A DNA stretch of 64,000 bases from Octopus vulgaris. Its lineage: Eukaryota. This document shows positions 28,045 to 41,021 of the stretch, piece by piece; positions within the stretch are counted from its first letter, which is position 1; every line of letters begins with the position of its first letter. A program made the position numbers and the translations under genes. Below the pieces are notes generated by a model. The model was not told where the DNA came from. It saw nothing but the letters and a program-made list of their open reading frames with translations, and did no database searches. The DNA lies in the NCBI GenBank assembly GCA_951406725.2, contig OX597818.1:89466001-89530000 (forward strand), given 5' to 3'.

Positions 28045-28140
28045 CATGTTGTTCATTTGAATACACTCAACGTCTGCATCTAAGCGGGATGTTGAAGCTT
28101 TTGTCACAGATTCTTTAGATCCTGGCTCCAAACTATGAGC
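28045..28140 (-). CDS. SLC26A5-like: SLC26 C-terminal tail exon AHSLEPGSKESVTKASTSRLDADVECIQMNNM
   Basis: strong pyrimidine tract + cttcag|GCT; open in phase 0; 96 nt to weaker donor ATG|gttggt; no family motif in this tail. Confidence 0.75.
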
Positions 28141-28411
28141 CTGAAGACAAAGAGAGAAAGAAGGAAAAAAAATCATAACATGGGCTCAGAAAAATTTTAA
28201 TTTCAAACATAAGTCACCAAGCACAGACCTAGCAGAGTGGTAAAAAGTTTTTTTCCCAACCACATGGTTCCAGGTTCAGAAATGTATATTATATAATGTA
28301 CATAAGGTAATATATCTTACCTGTTTATTTTCATTGATTGACATCACCTTACATATTTTGCTTAACTTCTCAGTTGCATTGCTCAAAGATATTTTAAAAT
28401 ACTTCAAGATA

Positions 28412-28810
28412 TAGGTGCAGGAGTGACTGCGTGGTAAGTAGCTTGCTTACCAACCACATGGTTCCGGGTTCAGTCCCACTGTGTGGCACCTAGGGCAAGT
28501 ATCCTCTTCTATAGCCTCGGGCCGACCAAAACCTTGTGAGTGGATTTGATAGACGGAAACTGAAAGAAGCCTGTCGTATATATGTATATGTATATATGTG
28601 TGTGTGTGTGTTTATGTGTCTGTGTTTGTCTCGCCAGCATCGCTTGACAACTAATGTTGGTGTGTTTATGTTCCCATAACTTAGCGGTTCGGCAAAAGAG
28701 ACCGATAGAATAAGTACTAGGCTTACAAAGAATAAGTCCTGGGGTCGATTTGCTCGACTAAAGGCAGTGCTCCAGCATGGCCACAGTCAAATGACTGAAA
28801 CAAATAAAAG
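28412..28810 (+). mobile_element. tRNA-derived SINE family A; other copies at about 6005-6397, 10012-10385, 17732-18075, 22059-22403 and 50508-50905, plus many partial copies
   Basis: Pol III A/B boxes (tggtaag / ggttcagtccc), ccttgggcaagt core, internal (TA)(TG) tract, A-rich tail. Confidence 0.9.
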
Positions 28811-29973
28811 TGAGCAAAAGAAAATGAGAGATATCTGGCGCCTTGCTGCACTCAAGAAGACCTGTCCAGTACAGCAGAATTAATGCAAGTGCCAGTGCCA
28901 CGTTAAAAAGCACTCAGTACACTTTATGGAATGGTTGGTGTCAGGAAGAGTGTCCAGCCATAGAAACCATGCCAGAACAGACAATGGAGCCTGGTGTGGC
29001 CCCTGGCCTTACCAACTCCAGGTAAACCATCCAACCCATGCCAGCATGGAAAAACAGATGTTAAATGATGATGATGATGATGTACACACACTACAAGGTT
29101 TCAAACAAATTACAACGCACATATATATATATGTACATATACATATATATAGTCGCCATGATAGATCATTAGCCACTACACACACTTTTTTATCTCCTTG
29201 TTTTCTCTGTGTCCCTTTCTGTAGAAGAGCGTAGGCTCGAAACGTAAAAGACTTTTTCTATTCCTGAACGTTATACTAATACATCTGTTTGTTTTGTACA
29301 CCACCTGTCTTCGTCTTTTGTTTTTTTCGTAAACTCTCCCTATAAATTTAGATTCAAATGAAAATGGTACTTAAATCAGAGGCACCAGAATTTTGTATGG
29401 TATTATCCATATAAATCCATGGGGTGATTATAATCAAAATAAGCAACCGAAGATATACTTGTTGCTTATTTTGAGTATATATATCACCGTGACCGACCAG
29501 GCTATCAGATGTTGCTACACATCACTGGTCACAATGCGCTTCGCATTGTTTTAGCCTTCAAATGACACCACCCCGCTGGTTAAGCAAGCAGGCCATATAT
29601 ATATATATATATATATATATTCATGTGTGTGCATGAGCGAGCTAGTGTGCGCATGTGCACTGAGATCAAAATCTTATATCACAAACAACATAGATAAGAT
29701 AACTTTACACCCATCCACACAAGTTCATATATACTGGGTTCAGAATGCACAGAATGAAACTGCAAAAACATACACATGTTTACATAGGACATACATCATT
29801 TACACACAATTGTTTCCCCTATTCCTCTTGTATGTATGAAACTATATGCTTTCTGGGTCATTTCCAGTCATTCAAATTCTGCTATTTTCTCAATGACTTG
29901 ACATGGAACATGTACTCTTTCCTTTACTCTGATACAATGCAAACACATACATACAGGCACAGATACACAAACA

Positions 29974-30360
29974 TCTATTATATAAAATCCGTTCTGTCTG
30001 TGTGTGTGTGTCTTCTAGGATCTCAGGCATCCTTCATCTGATTGTGCTCAAATTTGATATGTAGATACCGACGGTATCAGGGCGTGTATAAGTCTTGAAA
30101 AAATTACAAAAATTGATTCCAGGTGAGAATGTGATTGATAAAGCCGTGGGAACATGCATTTGTACGTGCAAGTACATCAGCTGTTGTGATCGATACTATA
30201 TGTACATGCGAAAAATGTACGTGCAGTGTGTGCAAAAAAAGCCGGCCGGCTTGAAATAATGCTACAAAATGCAGTATATTTAAGGGACCCAAAAAGTAAG
30301 ATGCAAAAGAGATATTTTCTTCAAACTTGGCATGAAGGAAGAAAAGCCTATTTGATTTCT
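29974..30360 (+). mobile_element. Helitron-like non-autonomous element 5' part; closely similar copy at about 805-1192 (-)
   Basis: A|TCTATTATATAAAATCCG + (CTGT)n start; two dispersed copies alignable by eye. Confidence 0.65.
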
Positions 30361-30605
30361 CAAGAAGTTTTTTATTGCCTTAACTTCATTTAACAAAACT
30401 CAAAATTTTATTGAAATAAAGACATGCTTAATTATTTTTTAATGAAAAGAAAACATTGATTTCTCTTTATTCAGCAGATATGATTCAGCTCCGTCCATTG
30501 GAAAGGGGGCGTTTTGCTTGTATAGACATAAGGACCATGCTGCTCTAAGAAAGTGGATCAGCCATTGATTAGAAATTACTAAAATATTGATTTGATATGG
30601 TTTAA

Positions 30606-31612
30606 CCCTTTCATTACCAAACCGCCCAAAGCCGCCCAAATTTACCTATTCATATTTAAATGAGAATATCAGAGCAAATCTCTTCAGTACATTCGTGAAA
30701 ACACGTATTATACTTCGTAAACAGTTCAACTACAGTTTTGTACAATAATCGAAGTGTAATTTTAATTCCGTGAATTTTGGGAGATTTTTTTCCGAAATTT
30801 GTTCCTATTGTGTTTTCAAAATTTGTAATTCTGACAAAAAATGGATACGAATTTCATTATATCAAGCAGCGAGTCAGAATTCGAAGGATTTTCTACTGAA
30901 GACCTTCATAAATCTAACTCTATGACTGAAAAAAAAAAGCATGTGGTATTTGATAATGAATCTGATATCTCCGATAGCGATAAAGAAAACGAATTGGCAC
31001 CCGAATGGAGTGAAAATTTAAAAACTGTTTCTTTCGGTGATTTTTCTGAAGAAACTAGACCAAGCCACAGACTTTCCTAGGAGAGTAAAGCCTTAGGCTA
31101 TTTCTATTTACTTTTTCGAATGAGCCTATTTGAAATCATTACGGTGAAAACAAACCGTTACGCTAAACGTAAACAAAGCGAAAGAAAGGATAGTTTGTTA
31201 TTTCCCACAACCTTAAATGAAGTTAAGGCCTATTTTGCCATAAATATTATTATGGGTATCAGAAAGTTACCCAGAATAACAAATTCTATCGTAAAATTTT
31301 GTTGTATACCCAATTGAATATTAGCTAATAACCCATTTTCTATAGCGATGTTTGAACAAAATTTTAATAATTTTATATTTTGTGGAATTTACCTGTATCT
31401 ACCTGCAATTAGAGTCACCTTGTGACAAAAATTATAGTATAGAATTGGTTGAGAATATTTCATTAAATTATCTTCCAAAAATCAGATTAATATATCGATA
31501 AATAAAAAAGTTATAGTTGTTTAATGAAACCAGACTAAATTTATGATTACGTTAGAAATTAATTGAAACACATAAGGGGTGTAATTTGGTCAGAAATATA
31601 GTAACGAAAGGG
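30606..31612 (+). mobile_element. piggyBac internal-deletion derivative (1007 bp)
   Basis: TTAA|ccctttcattac ... gtaacgaaaggg|TTAA; acidic N-terminus (SESEFEGF) and LFEIITVKTNRYA..TTLNEVKAYFAINIIMGI PGBD-type remnant. Confidence 0.93.
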
Positions 31613-31631
31613 TTAAAGTAGGAATTCTTAC

Positions 31632-31799
31632 CTGTGAATTTGGTTGTATGACAGAAAGTACAGCATCATGGACAGTGACAAACAAAGAATTCTCTGTAAC
31701 AGATTCATACAAGTGGCCTTTCACAAACATCTCTCTGATGGCTGATTTACATTGGGCCAACAACACTTTGACACCAATTCGTTCATATTCAGTGAAAAC
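31632..31799 (-). CDS. SLC26A5-like: SLC26 STAS exon VFTEYERIGVKVLLAQCKSAIREMFVKGHLYESVTENSLFVTVHDAVLSVIQPNSQ
   Basis: cttgtccag|GTT...CAG|gtaaga; 168 nt, phase 0/0; EY..IGV.V.LAQC and F.TVHDAV motifs. Confidence 0.96.
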
Positions 31800-32589
31800 C
31801 TGGACAAGAAATAGAAATATCAGCTTGAGATAATTATTATTATTATTACTATTACATTCTGAATTCAAATTCCACAGTGGTCAACTTTGCCCTTTGTCCT
31901 TTCAGTGTCAATAAAATATGTACCAGTTGTGCACTGAGGATGAGGTAATTGACTTCTTTCCTCCCCCGAAATTACTGTGTGCCAAAATTTGAAACAGTTA
32001 TTATCATTATTATTATTATTGAGTGAGAGAACAGTGCATGCCATCAAAGTGGCATGGGGGTAAAATATACGAAGCCCAGTATACCCATCATGACTACCCG
32101 TCTGATAAGGATACACTAGACACATGCATCACAACCATATGTGCATGACATGGTGATCTCATATCAAGACAAACAGCACATGACCTTGCAGGTGGGGGCC
32201 CAGTTAGAATTTTCTTCAGGTCGAGTAACCCATCCCGCTCAAAAGGTCCCTGAATAAGAGTTGTTTAAGGATGTTGAACGAAACACCCATGCTCCCAGAG
32301 GTGAATTATTCAAACCCCAAAGAATCCCTCTGAACACATGGCTATGATGCTCCCCCACTACTTCTGCTCATGATCAGAGATGCACATATTGTCAGCCACT
32401 AAGGGACATGCTCAACTGGTTAAGGTCAAACAACTGACAAGCAAATCTGTGGTATTGAGCAGAATATATGCTGTAGCCTATCTTTCTATACCAAGACAAA
32501 ACATGTACATGATAACACTTCCAATCAGTTAAGATCAGAAGCCATGAAAGCCACTGCCTGGTACTGTATCAGGGCATTAATTATTATTA

Positions 32590-32623
<34 letters not shown>

Positions 32624-33184
32624 TAAGGTGGCAAGCTGGCAGAATCATTAGCATGCTGGGCAAAATACTTAGTGGCATTTTGCCCATTGCTATAATCTGA
32701 ATTCAAATTCTGCTGAGGTTGGCTTTGCCTATCAACCTGGCCCCCCGGAATGGAGTGTGGAGTGGGGGGGGGGATAAGAGGGAAGGGCATTCTAAATTAA
32801 GTACCAGTGAAACACTGATGGGGGTCAATGTAATAAACTAGTCCCCAACCCCAAATTTCAGGCCTTGTGTCTTTAGTAGAAAAGATTATCATCATTCTTC
32901 TTCTTCTTCTTATTATTATTATTCTTCTTCTTCTTCTTCTTATTATTATTATCATCATCATTATCATTTAAAGTGGCAAGCTGGCAGAATTGTTAGCACT
33001 CTGGACAAAGTGCATAGTGGTATTTCAGCTGACACTACAATCTGAGTTCAAATTCCACCTTTCATTCTTTCGGGGTCAATAAATTAAGTACCAGTGAAAC
33101 ACTGGGGTCGATGTAATTGACTAATCTCCTCACCCCAAATTTCAGACCTTGTGCCTTTAATAAAAAGGATTATTATTACTATTA

Positions 33185-34695
33185 CTAGCAAAAATACTGT
33201 CCCACTGGATGGTTTTCTGCTTGTTACAATTACTAGCAAATCTATCCATCTAAGATGGAGGCATAAAATGAGGGAGGGAAGTCATAACAGCAGTGTGTAT
33301 TGAGAAATGTGTAAATGGACTTGATAGATTACTGGGTGATGTCTTAGAGAAATCACATTATTGTTGGTGATACAGCATTCTATTGCAGCTATATGACATG
33401 TGTTTGCGACTAAGCGACATTTAATGGTGATTCACCCCTGAACTGAAATAGGCTCCAAGCCTTTGTATCATGAATGGTTATGTGGACCACTCCTAATGAA
33501 AGCCAGAGCTTCCTTCGACCACTACATAAAATGTATTAAGAAAAAATGTTATTTAGATATACTTTTATTTTAGTTGTTTACACTATTTTACGCTTATTTA
33601 TACTCTTATATATACAAAGTTCACAAATTTCCTTATTTAGATTATGAATCATATTCCTTCTGATGATATCAATATGATTACAAAACTTCTTTGTAGACGA
33701 TATTTTCTGTTCAGTCAACACTAATTTTCAAATTACTGGAGTCCATTGCTCTGCTCGTAGCAATGTATAACTGGCTGTGTGTAAACATCGGAGTGGGTAA
33801 AAATACACCTACACGATTTAAAGTTTGGCCCTGTGCCTTGTTTGCTGTGAATGCACAAGCAGAATCCAGGGCTGCAAAAAATCAAACTAAGACTTACCTC
33901 TCACTGTTCTATGTGAATAATGTCTTGGTGTTCTGGTACCATGAGTAATTTTGGTGGACAAAACTGAGACATAAATAACAGCCATTTCAATTAGCTGTTT
34001 TGAATCCTGCTCGAGACTGATACACTTCAATAACCACTAAATAATCACACACAATATATACTGACACACACGTTTCCCATTTCATTTTCGCTATTAACCA
34101 TCTTTACAATCTCCTTCGTATCTATGATGGGGCCACAAACTATATGATGAAAATCCAGAGTTACTCGTGATTGATGAATTTTTGATAAAAATGCAAAGGT
34201 GATTTATCAATTCAAAAATCGATATCCATGAAATAATCATACTTTCTGATTTTTTAATGCTAAAAACCTTCCAGACAACCATCTTCGTAATGCTGAAAAA
34301 TATTGTAACTATTGGTCTAGCAATCTGGCTGTGAAGAGGGAACAGACAAAGAGATAGACAGATGGACATAACACCTATTATAGTAAGATAGCAAATCTGC
34401 ACATCTATGATCGCAAATCTAAACCCTCTAAATTTAGAAACAATATGGGGGTTAAATCCAGAGTTAATCCTCATCGCCGAAATTTTAACCAAAAAAATCA
34501 AAGGTGATTTATTAATAATACAAAACTCAATATCCACTATATAATCATACTTTTTCACACTTTTCTTTTTTTGCTAAAATCCTTCCTGATTACCTCCTTT
34601 GTAATTGTAAAAAAACATCATGACCATTGGTCCAGCCGTTTGACCATGAAGAGGGAACAGACAGACAAACGGACATAATGACCATTATAGTAAGA
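33185..34695 (-). mobile_element. Non-autonomous Helitron with duplicated 5' module
   Basis: minus-strand A|TCTTACTATAAT starts at about 34695 and 34388 with (CTGT)n; degenerate hairpin + CTAG|T at about 33185. Confidence 0.6.
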
Positions 34696-35334
34696 TTATT
34701 AACACTAATCTCAACATAAATTAAATCATTTCATGTGAGTTTCTTGCATCACCATATGTACAACAACACTGTTGAAGTGTGCGTAACATAGTCTTTGGGG
34801 ATATAGAATTAAAATAGTAAAATATTGTTTGTATTCAACATCCATCTTTTATTTATTGTGAGATTCGTTTTCCTAATTCTGGTGTTACTTTGGTGTTTTG
34901 TCTGTTTGTTGAGAAGAATAGGTGTAACCAAAGGTGCATTACTGCACTGGAGGAATGGGGAGTGATGACTGTATGTGATGTGTAAACATGTGTTCTGGGT
35001 GTTAACTGTGTAGTGTAGGAATTGTTGGTGGTACAGAGAAGAGGATGTGTCATGTTATTTTATTCATTCAATGAGGATTGTGCAAAGTACACATCATGTA
35101 TGGCGTACAGTGTGTGTTATATTATTGGTGATATAATTGTATAAACGTATGGGCACACTGGGCAGTTTCCCAGGGCTTCATGGGTATAGGAGGGTCAATT
35201 CTGATCTATTTATACTGTGGCTTGCTGTCAAGTAATACTTTACAGTCCAATGCATTGAGTTACCCAGGGAACTCTAATGCCGCTAAGACAGCTTCGTGTG
35301 TTGTGTGAGCTGCGTTATATTAATAGAAAGCACA

Positions 35335-35830
35335 AATGCATAAAGTATGTTGTTATGGATGGTATTATTGTGTAAAGTATGTTATATTAATGGATGGTAT
35401 AACTGTGTAAAGTGTGTTGTTATATTAATGGATACTAAAACTGTGTAATTTGTGTTATATTAATGGATGGCATAATTGTGTAAAGTGTGTTGTTATATTA
35501 ATGGATGGTATAACTGTGTAAAATGTGTTGTTATATTAATAGATAGCATAATTGTGTAAAGTGTGTTGTTTTATTAATGGATGGTATAACTGTGTAAAAT
35601 GTGTTGTTATATTAATGGATGGTATAACTGTGTAAAGTGTGTTGTTAAATTAATGGATACTAAAACTGTGTAATTTGTGTTATATTAATGGATGGTGTAA
35701 TTGTGTAAAGTGTGTTGTTATATTAATGAATGGTATAATTGTGTAAAATGTGTTGTATGAGTTATGCTCTATTATTAGATGGTATAACTGTCTAGAATGT
35801 GTGTCATGTTATATTAATAGATGGTGTAAA
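35335..35830. repeat. Minisatellite of about 38 bp, about 12 copies
   Basis: unit tattaatggatggtataactgtgtaaagtgtgttgtta with variants. Confidence 0.9.
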
Positions 35831-36095
35831 ATATGTTATCTATGGAGTATATTATGTTGCACATAGTGAAGGGTGAATTCTATGTGGTGCAGTATAAGTT
35901 GTGTATAAGGTTGTGTGGGCAAGTATACATTCATATGAGTGCCTGTGTGTGTGTTGTGAGTTTGGTTATGATGTAGAGACTGTTTCTGGCTCTGACAAGC
36001 CAAAGCTACATGACATAATCAAATTTGGCAGGTGAGTGCAGTGTGAAAAGTATGTCTATGCAAATGTAGTGTGAATTAAGGTGAACATAGATTAC

Positions 36096-36209
36096 CTGAG
36101 AGATAGTCTTCACGCCAACAGTGTCAATATAACTCCAACTTGAAGCATCAATGATAACAGTGGTGAGGTCGATATTGTAGTTAGAATTACCTGTATCATT
36201 AGCAGAGTC
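36096..36209 (-). CDS. SLC26A5-like: SLC26 STAS exon DSANDTGNSNYNIDLTTVIIDASSWSYIDTVGVKTISQ
   Basis: ttccacag|GAC...CAG|gtaatc; 114 nt, phase 0/0; VIID.S...YID.VG conserved STAS loop (not in ORF track). Confidence 0.92.
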
Positions 36210-37238
36210 CTGTGGAAAGGGAACGGTGATAGAGAACTGGCATAAAGCATATGGACAGTGAAGGATCAGTGTTAAAGTACTGGTATGTTACATATGGATA
36301 ATAGGGGACAGTGAATGTAGAGAATGAAATTGAACTGGTATATTTACTTGTTTACAGTCAGTAAATTTTGGACATGCTGGGGCACTGCCTTGAAGGGTTT
36401 AGTCGAACATATTTATTTAGTTTTTTTTAAGGCTGATTGTTATGCTATCAGTCTCTTTTACCAAACCTTCTAACTTAAAGGTTGTAAACAAATCAACACT
36501 GGTTATCAAGTGGTAGTGGAGGACACAACACAAACATATATGTGTGACATCATCATCATCATCATCGTTTAACGTCCGCTTTCCATGCTAGCATGGGTTG
36601 GACGGTTCGACTGGGGTCTGGGAAGCCAGGAGGCTGCACCAGGCCCAGTCTGATCTGGCAGTGTTTCTACAGCTGGATGCCCATCCTAATGGCAACCACT
36701 CCGTGAGTGTAGTGGGTGCTTTTTACGTGCCAGACGAGTCTGGCAAACGGCCACGATCTGATGGTGCCTTTTATGTGCCACCGGCACGGAGGCCAGTCAA
36801 GGCGGCGCTGGCAACGGCCACGTTCGGATGGTTCTTTTACGTGCCACCCACATTATCCATTTGTAGTTATTTATTTATTTATTATTCACCACTCTGCAGG
36901 GTGGTTGGTGTTAGGAAGAGCATCCAGCCATAAAAACCATGTCAAAACAGACACAGTAGCCTGGGGTAGCCTTTTACTTGGCCAGCTGCTGTCAGACAGT
37001 GCAACCCATGCCAGCATGGAAGGCGGATATTAATTGATGATGATGAAATATATATATATGCGTGTGTGATTGGTTTCTTTCAGTTATTGTCTACCAAATC
37101 CACTTACAAGGCTTGGGTCAGCCCAGGACTAAAGTAGAAGCCATTTGTCCAAATTGCTACACAGTAGGACTGAATCCCAAACCATGTGACTGAAAAGCTT
37201 ACCGCGTGCGTGTGTGTGTGTTAATAAATGGTAATTAC

Positions 37239-37382
37239 TTTTTTGATGTTTTGAATTTTCGTTTTCAGTTTTCTTGGATTGACAGCCGTCATTTCATAGA
37301 TACGGTGTTTGAAGTTTTCAGCATTGGCAAAATAGAGTGAAGCTTCGAAACGGAAAATTTTGACACCATTAATTTGGACAGC
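37239..37382 (-). CDS. SLC26A5-like: SLC26 STAS exon AVQINGVKIFRFEASLYFANAENFKHRIYEMTAVNPRKLKTKIQNIKK
   Basis: ttgtcag|GCT...AAA|gtaatt; 144 nt, phase 0/0; GVKIFRF..SLYFAN STAS motif. Confidence 0.95.
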
Positions 37383-38574
37383 CTGACAAAAGAAAAATAA
37401 AAATGTTAAAGACATAAAATGAGGGAGAGAAAATACACACACTCACAAAGTTTTAATTTATACTGATCCTAGTTGGTGTTTGATTTAAATAGCAACTACT
37501 ATAAAGATCGTTCTGTGGGTACAAGGACGAAAGGGTATTTGTTCTCTGATCAGAGTATGAAATTATGAAACATGACAGGACAGTCTCTTATTTTACTGAG
37601 TGTGAGGGGAGTAGCAGGATAAACTCACACATATGGGGCGCCAGAGTGAGGGCTTAAAAATCTGTAGTTAAACTACTTTGGGAAACATTAAACCAGTCCA
37701 TATACTATTCCTTATTTATCACCATAACCCATATCTTGCTACTCTTCCCGCTTCTTTCTTTCTGAATCTCAAGTTTGGAGTAAAAATAAAGGATTGCATT
37801 GAATTTATTGCTATTTGATTTACCCTTCTGTCACTGCTTATCATCACTCCTTCTTCTCAAAGTCACTCTTTTAATGATACCCATCACCACTTTTGAGACA
37901 CAGTTTTTTGGTATGTGTAGCCAAAAAGACCAAAGTGGTTGACAAATGAACAGATATCATAGGACCAAAAGAACCCCTTAAGTCTTGTCTTATTGAGGAT
38001 ATGACAACCCCTCTGATGTTGGTGTCACAATAAAATGCACCTGGTACACTCTGTAAAATAACTGGTTTTAGGAAGGGCATCCAGTAGAAACTGAGTCAAA
38101 ATGAAAGGGTGAGCAAGGTGCAGTTTCCCTGACTATGAATAAGAGGACAGTAATTCTGAATATGAAATAACTAGAACTGCAATAATCTATCCAACCCATG
38201 GCATATGGAAAGTAGATATATAATAATCCTTTCTACTTTAGGCACAATGCCTGAAATTTGGGGGAGGGTACTAGTCAATTACATTGACCCCAGTGTTTCA
38301 CTGGTACTTAATTTAACAACCCCAAAAGGATGAAAGGCAAAGTCAACCTCAACAGAACTTGAACTCAGAACATAAGGATGGATGAAATGTTGCTAAGCAT
38401 TTTGTCCAGCATGCTAACGATTCAGCCAGCTTACCCAGACATAATAACGATGGTGATGGAGAAATTACATTTTTATTTATGAAGTCATTACACATATTAT
38501 GCAGGGCTTTCCCAGAAGCTTATAGAATTTCAGTACTGTTGAATAGAGATATTTTTAAAAAAGGGGCAACTTAC

Positions 38575-38644
38575 TGATGGATATACTGACACATCCCTGT
38601 AAATATCTGTGTTAGGCAGTTGACCAAGTAAACAAGAATAGGGT
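38575..38644 (-). CDS. SLC26A5-like: SLC26 exon (R)PYSCLLGQLPNTDIYRDVSVYPS
   Basis: ttgcag|ACC...TCA|gtaagt; 70 nt, phase 2/0; LGQ.P.TDIY.D...Y linker into the STAS domain. Confidence 0.95.
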
Positions 38645-40748
38645 CTGCAAAAGAAACATCAGTCGATAAATTAATTTCATCTTTAGCGATAAAACTTTTC
38701 TAACCTTCTTTAAGCAATATTTCTACTAAAATACATTGTCATTATTAAGCTGGTGTTTGGGACATAATATGAAATTTTAATCTAAGTTTTTAATTTAAAT
38801 CACCTTAACCCTTTTGAGACACAGTGTTTTGGTATGTGTAGCCAAAAAAGACCAAAATGTTTTTTCTATTGAGATCAAAAATGATGGGTGCATGTAGAAT
38901 ATAAAGGATAAAGTGTCCAAAACTACTTTATTAGTATGTAAAACTATATACATATTATATAGTTTTATACATATACATATATATATACATATTATATAGT
39001 TTTATACATATACATATACATATATATATATATATATATATAGTGGAGGCGCAATGGCCCAGTGGTTAGGGCAGCGGACTTGCAGTCGTAGGATTGCAGT
39101 TTCAATTCCCAGACTGAGCATTGTGAGTGTTTATTGAATGAAAACACCTAAAGCTCCCTGAGGCTCCGGCAGGGGGTGGTGGCGATCCCTGCTGTACTTT
39201 TTCGCCACAACTTTCTCTCACTCTTTCTTCTGTTGGCTTGCTCACTTAGCCAGCAGGGTGGCGTCATTTGAAGGCTAAAACAATGCGAAGCGCACTGTGA
39301 CCAGCAATGTGTAGCAGCATCTGATAGCCTGGTCGGTCACAGTGATATATATATATATAATTTTATAGCATATCTAATGAAAGACGATCTCCGATTGGCT
39401 ACTAGACCTCAAAACATTTGTTTCATTGGGCTGATGGATTGGCCTCAGTTTTTTCAGCTTGTATCACTTGGGCCAATCAGTTGGCCTGGGTACCCCAAGA
39501 AGGTTAAACCTTTTGTTACAATATTTCTATTGCCATTGTTTCAATTTTTGAAAACAATGAAAAATTAAGTAAACTATCTTTATTAAACTGGTGCTTGGGA
39601 CAAAAATTAACATGAAATTTTGATGAAGGTTTTAAATGTAAATTCGGGTCAAGAAACCATGGACAGTCCAAACAGGCAGATATCAAAGGGGTTAATATTT
39701 ACTTTCTTTGTTGTCCTGAGTAAGATTTTAAACTGTGTCTAGTAGTGGGGTCCTTGTTTAGGAGTTCCAGGGTTCTGAGAAGTGAAGGCCCACCTTTTAG
39801 TCACTACAGTTCCCAGGTTTACTTTGACCTGGAGTAGTAGCAACTGTCAGGGTCCCAGCTATGGGTTAATTAGCATATTATATTTCTTTCTTTATTGCCC
39901 ATAGGGGACTAAACATAGGGGGGACAAATAAGGACAGACAAAGGGATTAGTCAGTTAAATCAACGCCAGTGCGTAACTGGTACTTATTTAATCAACCCCG
40001 AAAGAATGAAAGGCAAAGTTGACCTTAGTAGAATTTGAACTCAGAACATAGCAGCAGACAAAATACCACTAAGCATTTTGCCTGGAATGCTAATGATTCT
40101 GCCAGCTTGCTGCTCTCAGCATATTATATTAGGGTTTGTGCATATGATGACTGGATCCAGCAGATTCTATGGATGAAACTTCCATGGTTTAACAGAAAGG
40201 AAGGTTGCTGCAGCTACACATAGTAGGGTGTACAAAGCAAGATGAGGTGAGCAATACATCTTGATCATTCACTGTATCTGCCATACCTAGGACACTATCC
40301 ATAGTAATAGTTCATCATCATCATCATCATCGTTTAACATCCGTTCTCCATGCTAGCATGGGTTGGATGGTTCGACGGGGATCTGGGAAGCCAGAAAGCT
40401 GCACCAGGCTCCAGTCTGATCTGGCAGTGTTTCAACAGCTGGATGCCCTTCCTAACACCAACCACTCTGTAGTGCTTTTTACGTGCCACCGGCACAAAAA
40501 ATCATTGCCTCATTAACTGTCCATAGTTGATTATCCCTTTTGCATTCAGATTTTTCTGTCAAATGTAAAGCTTATTTATTCCCATTGTCTTGTATTAGAG
40601 GTTATATGGTGTGCTTAAAGCAGAATTCCATTTTCTTAAAGAAAAGAGTGTTTTATGATGCTTCAGATATGGTATAATGTAACACAACTTATCTCAGACA
40701 TTTAAACAGCATAGATATTATGGTAAATAAGAATACAAATTTGCATAC

Positions 40749-40787
<39 letters not shown>

Positions 40788-40914
40788 CACAGAGAGAAAA
40801 TGTAAATAGAATATAATACATATTGTCATCTATATGACGAGTGGGGCTGTAATGTAATACTTTGCTATATTGATTTAAGAGAAGGAAAGAATGAAAAAGA
40901 GAAAAGAGGGTAAC

Positions 40915-41021
40915 CTTGAAGAACGAGCCAGGACTGTGAGTAGTGAGAAAATAACACCCACTGCAAGACCATAGTCAACATCTAAGATGACAGTTCCAAG
41001 AAAAGAAACTAGCCATACACC
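40915..41021 (-). CDS. SLC26A5-like: SLC26 exon GVWLVSFLGTVILDVDYGLAVGVIFSLLTVLARSS(R)
   Basis: tttcag|GGT...AAG|gttacc; 107 nt, phase 0/2; last TM hairpin (W..F....LD.D.GL..GV). Confidence 0.95.

Noticed and set aside
34094-34558. 154-aa hydrophobic ORF
   Set aside because: Lies in the duplicated 5' module of a Helitron-like repeat; AT-driven composition, no motif
35335-35830. CRISPR-like periodicity
   Set aside because: Contiguous 38-bp units without unique spacers, eukaryotic context, no cas genes
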